From positions 320,001-384,000 of the forward strand of contig CAWFGO010000001.1 of NCBI GenBank assembly GCA_963815455.1: a stretch of DNA of 64,000 bases, read 5' to 3'. The notes beneath the pieces are model-generated. The model worked only from the letters and a program-made list of their open reading frames with translations, was not told the origin of the DNA and did not search any database. The translations under genes and the position numbers were made by a program. Shown in pieces: positions 52,312-62,604 of the stretch. The first letter of the stretch is position 1. Each line of letters opens with the position of its first letter. This stretch comes from an uncultured Verrucomicrobiae bacterium (GTDB lineage Bacteria; Verrucomicrobiota; Verrucomicrobiia; Chthoniobacterales; UBA10450).

Positions 52312-53492
52312 GTGAAGATAAACAGAATCGACACGAAACGATCGACGTCGTGAAGCGCAACTGGCTCGCCGAAGTCGAAACCGCCCAGGCCTATCGCGAT
52401 TTGGCCGGCCGCGAGCCGGACGAAAAACGCAAAGGCATTTTGATCCGCATGGCCGAAGCGGAGGAGCGCCATGCTCAACGCTGGGAACAGAAATTGCGCG
52501 ATCTCGGCGCCGAACCGCCCGAACTAAGAAATACTCTGGGCCGCCGCCTGAATCGGTGGTGGAACAAAGTGGCAGGGGCGGACATCGCCATTCGTCGCAT
52601 GGAAGCGGCCGAAGAAAAACACGAAGCCGAATTTCGCGACCAGCGCGATCGGGCGCTGGCCAACGAGGATGACGTGAAAGATTTTCTGCGCGAAAGCGCG
52701 ATGGAAGAAAAAGCGCATGCCCGCGCCTTGAATGCGATGGCCGCTCCGAGCCGGAGTGGCGGGCCACCCAGCCCGCGCACTGCCCTCGATGCAATCTTGA
52801 AACGCGAACGCTGGCATGGCCGGGGCGGCAGTTGGGTGGCCGATGCAATCTACGGCGCCAACGACGGGCTCGGCGCAGTGTTTGGAATCGTCTCCGGCGT
52901 CGCGGGCGCGACCAACAATCAGCAACATTTCATTCTCATCTCCGGGCTGGCCGGAATGCTGGCATCGACATTATCGATGGGCGCGGGCGCCTATCTCGCA
53001 GCCAAGAGCGAAGCCGAAGTTTACGAAGCGGAGATTTCGCGCGAGCGCGCGGAGGTCGAGGAAAATCCCGAGGAAGAGATCGAAGAGATGTCGCTCTTCT
53101 ATCAATTACAGGGATTCAACCCTGAAGAATCGCAAAAAATGGCTGAACGTCTGGCCGAGCAACCGGAGCAATTTATCCAGGCAATGGCCCAAAGTGAGCT
53201 GGGGCTCTCCGAGCATCGTTTTCCGAATCAATGGACGGCGGCGTTTTCGGCCGGCCTCTCCACTGCCATCGGCGCCTTCGTTCCGATCATTCCGTTTTTC
53301 TTCTCGGGCGGATTCGATGCAGTGCTCGCTTCCTTCGGCATCAGTCTGGTAGCGCATTTCGCCGTCGGCGCATTGAAATCGCTCATCACGATCCGTTCCT
53401 GGTGGGCATCGGGCCTGGAAATGACCTGGATCGGCGTCATCGTCGCCGTCGTCACCTACGGCCTCGGCCTCGCCTTCGGCGCGTTAGGATAG
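52308..53492 (+). CDS. Ferritin-like (rubrerythrin) + VIT1/CCC1 iron exporter
   Basis: EERH and EKAH ExxH motifs; IYGANDGL, SMGAGAY. Confidence 0.88.
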   Translation: MSEDKQNRHETIDVVKRNWLAEVETAQAYRDLAGREPDEKRKGILIRMAEAEERHAQRWEQKLRDLGAEPPELRNTLGRRLNRWWNKVAGADIAIRRMEAAEEKHEAEFRDQRDRALANEDDVKDFLRESAMEEKAHARALNAMAAPSRSGGPPSPRTALDAILKRERWHGRGGSWVADAIYGANDGLGAVFGIVSGVAGATNNQQHFILISGLAGMLASTLSMGAGAYLAAKSEAEVYEAEISRERAEVEENPEEEIEEMSLFYQLQGFNPEESQKMAERLAEQPEQFIQAMAQSELGLSEHRFPNQWTAAFSAGLSTAIGAFVPIIPFFFSGGFDAVLASFGISLVAHFAVGALKSLITIRSWWASGLEMTWIGVIVAVVTYGLGLAFGALG

Positions 53493-53548
53493 CCGCTGCT
53501 CAGCGGAATTAGGCTGACAAAATGCGCAGCAGAGAATAAGTTTGCGTC

Positions 53549-53737
53549 GTGAGCGCATCTGAAATTGTGAAGGAGCTTCCCAGGTTGACAGAAGCCGAAC
53601 GAAGGCTGATTCGCGAAGGTCTTCTGGAACTGGCCAATCAGGAACCGGATATCGCCCTATGCAATCAAGCGGCGCTCGATGGCGCATTAATGCTTGATCG
53701 CATGGAGGAGGAAGATGCGCGGAATAAGAGCCGGTGA
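53549..53737 (+). CDS. Putative antitoxin
   Basis: 62 aa acidic protein overlapping the downstream PemK-like gene. Confidence 0.65.
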   Translation: MSASEIVKELPRLTEAERRLIREGLLELANQEPDIALCNQAALDGALMLDRMEEEDARNKSR

Positions 53738-53990
53738 AGTCTGGATGATCGATTTTGGGATGGCCGACTTGGTGACCGTTTTGCTTCACACCACCTCATT
53801 TCGGGGCGACCGATGGGAATTGAACATCTCAAAACCATTCCTTAAAGCCGGCGCGTTTCACCTGCAACAAGTCCAAACCATTTCCACCGTCAAACTACAA
53901 CGTCGGCTCGGAGTTTTGACTCTTGAAGAAATGACACAGGTGCATAGCGCGTTGCGAAACCGGCTAGGCATGGAGGCGTCGGCGCATTGA
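53715..53990 (+). CDS. PemK/MazF family toxin, apparently internally deleted
   Basis: GEVWMIDFG, TT, QVQTI...KL.RRLG.L; lacks the K.RP.LV segment. Confidence 0.7.
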   Translation: MRGIRAGEVWMIDFGMADLVTVLLHTTSFRGDRWELNISKPFLKAGAFHLQQVQTISTVKLQRRLGVLTLEEMTQVHSALRNRLGMEASAH

Positions 53991-54107
53991 AATCGCTCAT
54001 CACGATCCGCTCCTGGTGGGCATCAGGCCTGGAAATGACCTGGATCGGCGTGATTGTCGCCGTCGTCACCTACGGGCTTGGGCTTGTATTCGGCTCGTTA
54101 GGATAGA

Positions 54108-55473
54108 ATGCTACCATCGACCGCACGCAAGGGTCTCGCTCGTCAGCTCGGATTGTTCGGCACGACCATGGCGGTGATGGGCGGCATCATCGGCGCCGGA
54201 ATTTTCATTAATCCGTACCTCGTCGCCGACAGGGTTCACACGCCCGCTCTGATTCTCGGGGCCTGGATCGTGGGCGGATTGATCGCGCTGGCCGGCGGAT
54301 TCGTTTATGCCGAGCTAGCGGCACGGCATCCGGTCGTTGGCGGTCAATACGCTTATTTGCGGGAACTTCATCCGGCCGTCGCGTTCACTTACGGTTGGGT
54401 GCTGTTGCTCGTGATTCAAACCGGCGGCATGGCGGCCGTGGCTGTCACCTTTTCCCGATACTTTCTCGAGCTGACGCGCTGGCCGATCAACGAATCGATT
54501 ATCGCCGCGTCGGCTCTCGCGCTGCTGACTGCAATCAATTGCGCGGGCGTGCGCGCCGGCAGCCGCGTCCAATCAATCATGACCCTGACGGCGATCGCGG
54601 CGATCGGGACGTTGGAAATCTTCAGTTTTTTACAGGGGACATCACAGATTTCATGGCGACCGGTGCTCGAAAAACCAGCCGATGTCGATCTTATCGTCGC
54701 GTTCGGCTCGGCGATGACGCCGGTATTGTTCGCTTACGGTGGCTGGCAGACATCGAGTTTTCTCGGTGGCGAAGTACGGGACGCGCATCGAACTTTGCCG
54801 CGAGCGCTCGTTCTCGGCGTCGTCGGAGTGATCATCGTTTACACTTCGGTGAACTTTGTTTACCTGCGCGCTCTCGGTCCGATCGGCCTGGCGGCATCGA
54901 CAACGCCGGCTTCATCGGTCATGCGCGGTTTGCTCGGGCCGCGAGGCGGACAGTTTATTGCCGCGGGAATTGCTTTCTCCGCGTTCGGATTCCTGGCCCA
55001 ATCGATGTTAACCGCGCCCCGAGTCTATTTTGCCATGGCAAACGACGGCGTTTTCTTTCGAAGCGTAGCTTACGTCCATCCGCGCACACACGTGCCGATC
55101 ATCGCCATCGCCCTGCAAGGCGTTTGGGCCATTGTCATCGCTCTTACTGGAACCTACGCGCAGGTCGTTAATTATGTGATTGCGATGGACTGCATCTTCT
55201 TTGGGCTCACCGCAGCATGTCTGTTCGTGTTTCGACGCCGCTCCGGCCAAGGACCCGATTTTCGCGTGCCGGGCCATCCGTGGACAACGTTGTTGTTCAT
55301 CGCCGCAAATTGGATTGTTGTTGTCAGCACTTTCGCCCACGATCCCGAAGCGATCGTTCATCGGACTCGGTATCGCCCTGGCCGGCTTGCCTGTCATATC
55401 ATTCTTGGCGAACCAAATCGAAAACTCTTCGGGTCACAGTTTACTCGATGACCGACGGAGCCGCAAATTCTGA
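54108..55473 (+). CDS. APC amino acid permease (frameshift near 55350)
   Basis: IIGAGIF, AELAA..P..GG.Y, FAYGGW, PRVYFAMA.DG. Confidence 0.9.
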
Positions 55474-55509
55474 TCCGCGTGTCATCCTGGCGATCCAGTC
55501 GCCAAATAC

Positions 55510-56617
55510 ATGAGCGATTCGAAAAGAACCAAGCGATCGGAATTCATGGAATGGGCGAAACTGCATTCGCAGGCGCGTTTCAATCTGGCCACCAGCGGCA
55601 TTGATCAACGTGCCAGCTTCGGAATTTCCTCTGCCGTTCGCACGAATTGGAGATCACCGGCTCAGACGGATATGGCTACGAGCCGCTACAGCAACGGATC
55701 GCACGTCAATCGGCGCTCCAAAAGAATGCGTGGTCGCGGCGACGGGGACGTCGATGGCGAACCAACTGGCCATGGCCGCCGTGCTCGAACCCGGCGACGA
55801 AGTGCTGATCGAGCAACCCGCCTATGGCCCGCTCGTCGATGTTGCCAATTATCTCGGAGCCACGTAAAACGATTCCCGAGAGAATTCGAAAACGGGTTCG
55901 CCGTCGAGTTGGACAAGATCGACAACGCCATCACGCCTGCTACTCGTCTGATCGTGTCTGACCAATCTGCATAACCCCAGCGGCGCGCTCATTCCGACGG
56001 AAACTCTGCGGGCCATTGGCGAAATGGCGCACCGCGCCGGTGCGCGCGTGCTGGTAGATGAGGCTTATATCGAAATGCTGTTCGACGACCGCCCGCCGTT
56101 CGCGTTCCCGATTGGTCAAACATTGGGAAAAAACAACCCGTTCATTGTAACAAACAGTCTGACGAAGACGTATGGGTTGAGCGGACTGCGCTGCGGGTGG
56201 ATTCTCGCCTCTCCCGATCTGGCTCGCAGGATCTGGCGGCTCAACGATTTCTTCGGCGTCAATGCGCCTCATCCTACAGAGCAAATGTCGGTCGTAGCAT
56301 TCGATCATCTGGGACAGTTTCGCGAACGGGCACAGAAACTTCTAACGGCTAATCGCGCCTTGCTTAACGCATTTCTCGATTCACGAGACGATCTGGAATG
56401 TTTTCGATCAGTAGCCGGTTCCATCGTTTTTCCACGGCTGACAACAGGTGACTCCGAAGTTTTTCTGAAATTGCTGCGCGACAAATACGAGACAAGCGTC
56501 GTGCCCGGAAAGTTCTTCGACATGCCGCAACATTTTCGAATCGGCGTTGGCGGCGAGACCGCGGGCGTGCGCGCCGGCCTCGAACGTCTGGGCGCTGCGT
56601 TGGACGAGTCTTCGTAG
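55510..56617 (+). CDS. PLP-dependent class I/II aminotransferase (several frameshifts)
   Basis: NLHNPSG, DEAY, SLTKTYGLSGLRCGW. Confidence 0.85.
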
Positions 56618-56622
56618 CTTCG

Positions 56623-56734
56623 GTCATCCCGAGCAAAGGAACAGTTTACCCGCCGCGGCGGGAGAGATCCCGTTACGCTGCCTTAAATCCTGCCACGGGA
56701 TTCTTCGACTCCGCTTCGCTCCGCTCAGAATGAC
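56623..56734. repeat. GTCAT...ATGAC element with nested CCCGCCGCGGCGGG
   Basis: ACAGTTTACCCGCCGCGGCGGGA is the exact reverse complement of 37680-37702. Confidence 0.85.
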
Positions 56735-56749
56735 ATGCTATTAATATCC

Positions 56750-57386
56750 ATGCCCAATCTCGCGACCTGGCTGCGAAAAAAGGATGAAAAATATTTTCAG
56801 CCGTTTTTCGAAAAGCACCCTGAGATCAAAGTTTGGAACGCTCTGAGCGGCGATGTGCCATTGGAAAAGATGGACGGGCTTCTTCTCACCGGCGGCTCGG
56901 ATATCGCGCCGGAATTCATGCGGCAGGAAATTGTCGATCCTTCGGTGCTTGATAAAGATGTCGATCCTAAGCGGGATCGATGGGAGTTTGCCGCGACCAA
57001 AGATGCCTTGGCGCGCGGTCTGCCGATCTTCGCCATCTGCAAAGGTCTGCAAGTTCTTAATGTCGCGCTCGGCGGGACGCTCAAGCTCGACATCCCGGGG
57101 CACAATCTGCCGGAGCAGCGTGATCATGATATTCAGCCACTCCGCTACGACGGAGCCACCGCAACACCGCCTGCCAAAAGTAAACAGCGCGCATCATCAG
57201 GCGATCGACCGGCTTGGAGATGGTTTGGAAGTCGAAGCCCGATGCGCCACCGATGGCGAAATCGAGCAGGTCCGCCTGCGGAATCATCCCTTTGCCCTGG
57301 GCGTTCAATATCATCCCGAGCGCGGGACGATTTATGATTCGCTGTTTGAAGATTTCTTCTCGCACTTGAATGGGGATAATCGTTAA
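56750..57386 (+). CDS. Peptidase C26 / gamma-glutamyl-GABA hydrolase family (frameshift near 57160)
   Basis: LTGGSD, ICKGLQ.LNV, NSAHHQ, GVQYHPE. Confidence 0.88.
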
Positions 57387-57421
57387 ATCACTCGCTCCCA
57401 CACTCAGTTGAATCTCTAGAC

Positions 57422-58302
57422 GTGCCCACGCCGCAAAATACCATCGCGATCGTTTACGATTACGATCAAACGCTAAGCCCGAGCTACATGCAGGACGAAG
57501 TGGTTTTTCCCGCGTTCGGTATTAACGCCGAAAGTTTCTGGCGGCGATGCACCGATCTCGTGCGCGAAAACGGTTACGACAACGAGCTCGCTTACATGAA
57601 AGTGTTGCTCGACACCCTGGGGATGGATCGGCCCACCAATGCCGAACTGAAAAAGCTCGGGGCGAAATTGAATTTTTACAAAGGTCTGCCGGGAATGTTC
57701 GAAGAATTCCGAAGCGGTCTGCTCAATTCGGAGCACGTCGCCCACGGCATTAGCGTCGAGCATTACATCATTTCCTCCGGCATGAAGATTCTCCTGGAAG
57801 GCAGCCGGCTGGCGCCGTTCGTCCGCGCGATTTTCGGGTGCGAATTTGCCGAGGATAACGAGGGACGGATCACGTTTCCCAAACGCGTCATCAGCCACAC
57901 CCAAAAAACGCAGTTTCTTTTTCGCATCAACAAGGGCCTCCTCGATATGTCGCAGGACGTAAACGATCACATGGAGCCCGACATTCGACCGATCCCGTTC
58001 CCGAACATGATTTACATCGGTGACGGCCCGACCGACGTGCCGTGCTTTACGGTGATGAAAAGAACGGCGGCGAAGCCATCGCGGTTTACAATCCCGAGGA
58101 TTCGAAGCGTGTCGGGTTCAAAAAGTGTTATCAGCTATCGACCCATGCCGATCGGGTGAAACATATCGCGCCGGCCGATTATCGGCCGAACACACATCTT
58201 CGCATGTTGCTCGAACAAATGGTCGAGGAAATCGCCGATCGGATCGTCGAGGAACGCAAGTCCGCAATCGAGACCGGAACCGTTCGCGCGCCGAAGTATT
58301 AG
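57422..58302 (+). CDS. HAD-like hydrolase (frameshift near 58060)
   Basis: YDYDQTL, IISSG, KTQFLFRINKG, YIGDG.TD. Confidence 0.85.
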
Positions 58303-58323
58303 CTGCGTGCCGCAGCGGCGAGG

Positions 58324-59565
58324 CTACACCAGGGCCTTCTCCCGCAAATCCACCGCGGCATTTAGCACCTTGGCGAAGCTATTTCGGTCATCACGCGGCG
58401 ATTGTCGATCTTGATAAGCCACCGGCGGTTTTGTCAGATCGCGAATGTCGAACTCCGGCCGCACATCGCCCATCAGGTTTTCGAAAAACTTCGCGGCATT
58501 TTCCGGGAACGGGAAACAGCGCCAAAACGAATAGGCATTCAATCCGTTGTTGTATGCCGTTCGCGAAACTGTCGAGGAAACCGAATAAACGGCTTCGATC
58601 GTTCCGAAGTGGCGAAGGAAATACAGCTCAGCCGCTTCCCGATCGTTGTCGCTCTGAAAACCTTCCAGATTGAGCCGCTGGGCCTCGTTCGTTTCCGCCG
58701 GGTGCGGCCGGTAAACGAGATCGCATTTGGCTCCGTAATGCTGGCGCAGATAATCGAGACAACCATTCAAGCGTTCGATGTAAATTTCCGGCGCCAAATT
58801 GTGCACGAGCAAGAATGGCGTTCCAAAAAAAATCACCCGGCGATGTCGATCCTGTTCGCCGTTGCCAGGCTCGCCGGCGGGAAGCCCGCGCAGATCGGCC
58901 ATGATCGGGAATCGTGACGCGAGCAGGTTCGGATCTTGTGCTCGAAGCTCGCGGCCGCTGTTGCTCATCACGATGACCGTGTCGTAAATCTCGCCGGGAT
59001 CTTTTTGAAGGCGCTCGATGCGGACGCCATCGCCGCCGGGATTAATCCGCGGTTTGAAATGGATGGTTCGCTCGAGACCGGCCAGCGGCTCGACCAGCCG
59101 GTTTTGCCACCAGCCGGACGTTGTGAAGCGGTACCGTCCGCGACTGCCGGCCCGGGTCAGTTGCCGGTAAACTTTCTCCGGAACGCACAAGATTTTGTAA
59201 AGATCACGATGAGCCGAGGCGACGGCGTTGCCGATCTTGAGAACGCCCGCCAGGCAAAGGATTACGTCGGTTTCCGAATCAATCGGGAGCGCCGCAAGTT
59301 TTCGCTGACGTTGTTTGTTTTGCTGAAAAAAACGCGGCAGATCGCCAAACCCGCGGCAGCTCTCGATCCGGGCAAACGAATGAACCGAAGCGAAACGATC
59401 GCGATACGGCTCCCATTTAGCCCGCTCCCACCAAACGGAATACTCGCGCAGCAAATAACAGCCGCCCGGGAAACGATGCTCCAACGCCTGCGCCGCCGCG
59501 AGCGCCGTCGGGAGACGATCTGGGCGCGTAATCGCGATCCAGAGTTTGTCGGTCGCGGGCTTCAT
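58324..59565 (-). CDS. Putative GT-B glycosyltransferase (bacterial sialyltransferase-like)
   Basis: VIFFGTP, YRPHPAE, AELY, VYSVSST motifs. Confidence 0.55.
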   Translation of the reverse strand: MKPATDKLWIAITRPDRLPTALAAAQALEHRFPGGCYLLREYSVWWERAKWEPYRDRFASVHSFARIESCRGFGDLPRFFQQNKQRQRKLAALPIDSETDVILCLAGVLKIGNAVASAHRDLYKILCVPEKVYRQLTRAGSRGRYRFTTSGWWQNRLVEPLAGLERTIHFKPRINPGGDGVRIERLQKDPGEIYDTVIVMSNSGRELRAQDPNLLASRFPIMADLRGLPAGEPGNGEQDRHRRVIFFGTPFLLVHNLAPEIYIERLNGCLDYLRQHYGAKCDLVYRPHPAETNEAQRLNLEGFQSDNDREAAELYFLRHFGTIEAVYSVSSTVSRTAYNNGLNAYSFWRCFPFPENAAKFFENLMGDVRPEFDIRDLTKPPVAYQDRQSPRDDRNSFAKVLNAAVDLREKALV

Positions 59566-59580
59566 GTGACGATGTCGATC

Positions 59581-59946
59581 TTATTCGCCTCGATAAACAC
59601 AGCGCGCAGTGGGCGTTTCATGGACGACGATTTCACAAAGCCCCGGGCATTGCGGCTGCAACTTTTCCCAGAACCACGCCGCCATGTTTTCAATCGTCGG
59701 ATTCTCCAGCCCTGCGATTTCGTTGAGATAGGAATGGTCGAGCAGTTTCAGCAGCGGTTTCATCGCTTCGGAAATTTCGGCATGATCGTAAATCCATCCC
59801 GTCTTTGGATCGGCATCGCCCTCCACGGAAATCTCAACTTTGAAACTGTGCCCGTGCATCCGCCGGCATTTGTGCCCCTCCGGCGCAGCGCGGCAGCGGT
59901 TTGGGCCGCCTCGAAGGTGAAGTCTTTCGTCAAGCGGGCAGCGCAT
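59581..59946 (-). CDS. queD: 6-carboxytetrahydropterin synthase (indels near start)
   Basis: KC.RMHGHS, LDHSYLN, NPTIEN, ETPT. Confidence 0.9.
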   Translation of the reverse strand: MRCPLDERLHLRGGPNRCRAAPEGHKCRRMHGHSFKVEISVEGDADPKTGWIYDHAEISEAMKPLLKLLDHSYLNEIAGLENPTIENMAAWFWEKLQPQCPGLCEIVVHETPTARCVYRGE

Positions 59947-60045
59947 GGCGGAAAGTCCACATTAGGATGACGGATCAAGGATGAAGGATGAAAGCATCCG
60001 GAGCGCAGTCGGGTGATCGTCGCAGCCGACGTGAGGAGGCTCACT

Positions 60046-60712
60046 TCACACGCCGCGTTCTGGGTCGGGTCCCAGATGAATTTGTGCATCTGGAGCTGGA
60101 AACGCACGTTGCAGTTTGTCCGCCAGAATCCATTCCACGATCTCGCGCGGATCGATTCGGCCGAAAATCGGCGAGAACAAAACCGCGCGGCAACGCGCTG
60201 TCGAGATTGAAACGCTGCACCTTTTCGCGCGACCATTCGTAGTCTTCGCGCGAGCCGATCACGAATTTCACTTCATCGCGCTTGGTGAGATGATCGATGT
60301 TCGACCAAAGATTCTTTTCACACTTCGCCGCTGCCCGGCGTCTTCAAGTCCATGATCCGATGGACACGCCATCGACGGGCGAGATGTCGTGCGCGCCGCT
60401 CGTTTCGATCAAAACGGTGTGGTCCGCGTCGCATAACATCGACATCAGCGGCAGCACATTTTTTTGCAGAAGCGGTTCGCCGCCCGTGATTTCGACCAGC
60501 GGACATCGAAACCCCGCGACAAGCATCGACGATCTCCTCAGCGTCTGCTTCTTCCCTTCGTAAAATGCGTATTCGGTGTCGCAGTAAGTGCAGCGCAGAT
60601 CGCAGAAAGTGAGCCGGACAAACACGCACGGCGCAGCCCGCCCACGAGCTCTCGCCCTGGATCGAGTGATAAATCTCGTTAATCGTTAGCGATCTTTTCG
60701 TCGCTCGACAAT
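60046..60712 (-). CDS. queE: 7-carboxy-7-deazaguanine synthase, radical SAM (multiple frameshifts)
   Basis: INEIYHSIQGES, CDLRCTYCDT, TGGEPLLQ, ETSG, QLQMHKFIW across frames. Confidence 0.88.
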
Positions 60713-60733
60713 GTTTCCAGTCGTAACAGACTT

Positions 60734-61489
60734 TCAGATTCCACTCTTCGCGTTGGCCTCGGCAAAGCTGGACTTCTTCCTGAGCAGAGAGGCCAGGTAA
60801 CGATCCACCGAGGGCGCTTGATTGATCCGGGAAAGATTCGCCGGAGTTTCCAACCGCGAGAAAATTGCATAAGCAATCTTTTTTCGTGGAACGCTTTTCT
60901 CCCCATAGCCCGAAGGAATGTTGCTCGACCAATACCGGACGTATTGCTCGCCGCCGCGGTTCTCCATTCCGATAAAAATCGCCGAGTGCCCGCTCTCGCG
61001 CCGGCCAACCTGCTTGTTCCAGAAAATTTTCATGAAATCGCCAGGCTTGGCCTGGGCGAAGTCGGGGAAATTTCGGCCAAGTCCGAGCTCGTGGAAAAGG
61101 CGCGCCGTGCCCGGGCCGTTCGCGTTCCAACGGCCCCAGATGCCTTCGCCATCGCGCTGATCGCGAATGATCAGCTGATTCAGCGTCGCGTAGTCCAATT
61201 GAAGTTGCCCGCGCTCGCGCAACTTCTCGATCGTGCGAATAAAGACGAGATAGGTCGCGCCCGAGCAGAAACTCGGCGAAGCGCCCGAGGGCAGAAAGAA
61301 AAACTTGCCCGATTCAAAATGAGCCGAGGATTGCAATCGGATCTTGGCGAACCGCGAGATCGAATAGCGGCCGCCGTGCGGCATCTTGTTTACCTGTTCG
61401 AGGACAAGGGCGTTGCAGTCATCGGCAACTGCCGTCTGCGCCGCGACGCCCAAAGTCATGATGAGAACCCATGGAATAACCCTTTTCAC
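60734..61489 (-). CDS. Exported protein with NlpC/P60-like Cys-His motifs
   Basis: Signal peptide; FCSG, KPGDF, GHSAIF. Confidence 0.6.
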   Translation of the reverse strand: MKRVIPWVLIMTLGVAAQTAVADDCNALVLEQVNKMPHGGRYSISRFAKIRLQSSAHFESGKFFFLPSGASPSFCSGATYLVFIRTIEKLRERGQLQLDYATLNQLIIRDQRDGEGIWGRWNANGPGTARLFHELGLGRNFPDFAQAKPGDFMKIFWNKQVGRRESGHSAIFIGMENRGGEQYVRYWSSNIPSGYGEKSVPRKKIAYAIFSRLETPANLSRINQAPSVDRYLASLLRKKSSFAEANAKSGI

Positions 61490-61550
61490 GTTGGATAAGT
61501 AAACGCCGCACGCCGGAAGCGCAATGGGGGCGCCTAATCATTCCGCGTTT

Positions 61551-61680
61551 GTCATCCTGAGCGAAGCGAAGGATCCCGCGAGTAGAAGCAACGTTCGCAA
61601 GGAGTTATGCGATCACGCTTTCAGGACGGTTCGGTACAGTGAAATTCGTCCGTGAGGTCCCTCGCTTCGCTCGGGATGAC
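61551..61680. repeat. GTCAT...ATGAC-family palindromic element
   Basis: GTCATCCTGAGCGAAGCGAAGGATCCC ... GGTCCCTCGCTTCGCTCGGGATGAC. Confidence 0.88.
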
Positions 61681-61713
61681 AGATTGCCAGAGCGCTATTA
61701 GAATTACGTCTCC

Positions 61714-62518
61714 ATGCTGCATTTCACGAAAATGAACGGAGCCGGAAACGATTTCGTTTTGATCGACAATCGTTCTGGCGACGTTCGTCTGGAGCCGAAA
61801 CAAATCGCCCGGATTTGCGATCGCCACCGCGGCATCGGCGCCGACGGAATTTTGCTGCTGGAAAACGCGCAGAATAGCGCCGATTTCAGGATGCGTTACT
61901 ACAACGCCGATGGTGGTGAAGCCGAGATGTGCGGCAATGGGGCGCGCTGTTTCGCTCGTTTTGCCAAAAAAATTGCCGACGCCGGTGAGAAGATTTCGTT
62001 CGAAACGCCGGCCGGCGTGATCGGCGCGAAGCTCCACGGTGAATTAGTCACGTTAAACATGAGCGAGCCGAGCGATTTGCGGCTCCGTGTGCCGCTGGCG
62101 ATTAATGGTGAAGATGCCATCATGCATTATATCAATACCGGCGTGCCTCATGTCGTTGTTCCGGTGGCGCGCGTCGACATGGTGCACGTCCAAACTCAAG
62201 GAGCAGCTATTCGCCGGCACCAAATGTTTTCGCCAAAAGGCGCGAACGTAAATTTCATCGAGAAGCGCGGACCGAAGAACATTGCCATCCGCACTTACGA
62301 ACGCGGAGTTGAGGATGAAACGCTGGCCTGTGGCACCGGCGTGGTTGCCAGTGCCCTCATTTTCGCCGCGACCGAAGATACGTCCGGGCCGATTGGTGTG
62401 CGCGTTCGAGGTGGCGACGAATTGCAGGTCGGCTTTCAGAAGACGGGCGACCAATTCGAAGGACGTGACTCTGACCGGCCCAGCCGAATTTGTTTTTGAC
62501 GGGACAATTGAGGTCTGA
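61714..62518 (+). CDS. dapF: Diaminopimelate epimerase (frameshift near 62460)
   Basis: GAGNDF, EMCGNG, GVPH, TYERG, ACGTG. Confidence 0.93.
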
Positions 62519-62524
62519 TTCATC

Positions 62525-62595
62525 TGTAGCGGCGGTCTCTGACCGTCGCTCGAAATTACAGAAAAGGAGTGCGACGGTCAGAGACCGCCGCTACA
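62525..62595. repeat. GTAG-tagged REP doublet
   Basis: Perfect 25-bp inverted arms TGTAGCGGCGGTCTCTGACCGTCGC. Confidence 0.88.
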
Positions 62596-62604
62596 AAGAA
62601 AGAA

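Larger units (their letters stand above)
53363..54106. repeat. 130-bp diverged direct repeat of the VIT1 gene 3' end (53363-53492 and 53977-54106)
   Basis: About 11 mismatches counted by eye, mostly at third codon positions. Confidence 0.93.

Noticed and set aside
59581..60712. queDE as part of a 7-deazaguanine DNA modification (dpd) system
   Set aside because: No dpdA/tgt-like or other dpd genes in the window; ordinary queuosine synthesis suffices.
9300..61680. Palindromic repeats as a CRISPR array or integron attC sites
   Set aside because: Copies are dispersed, not regularly spaced, with no cas or intI gene, and they lie between housekeeping genes.
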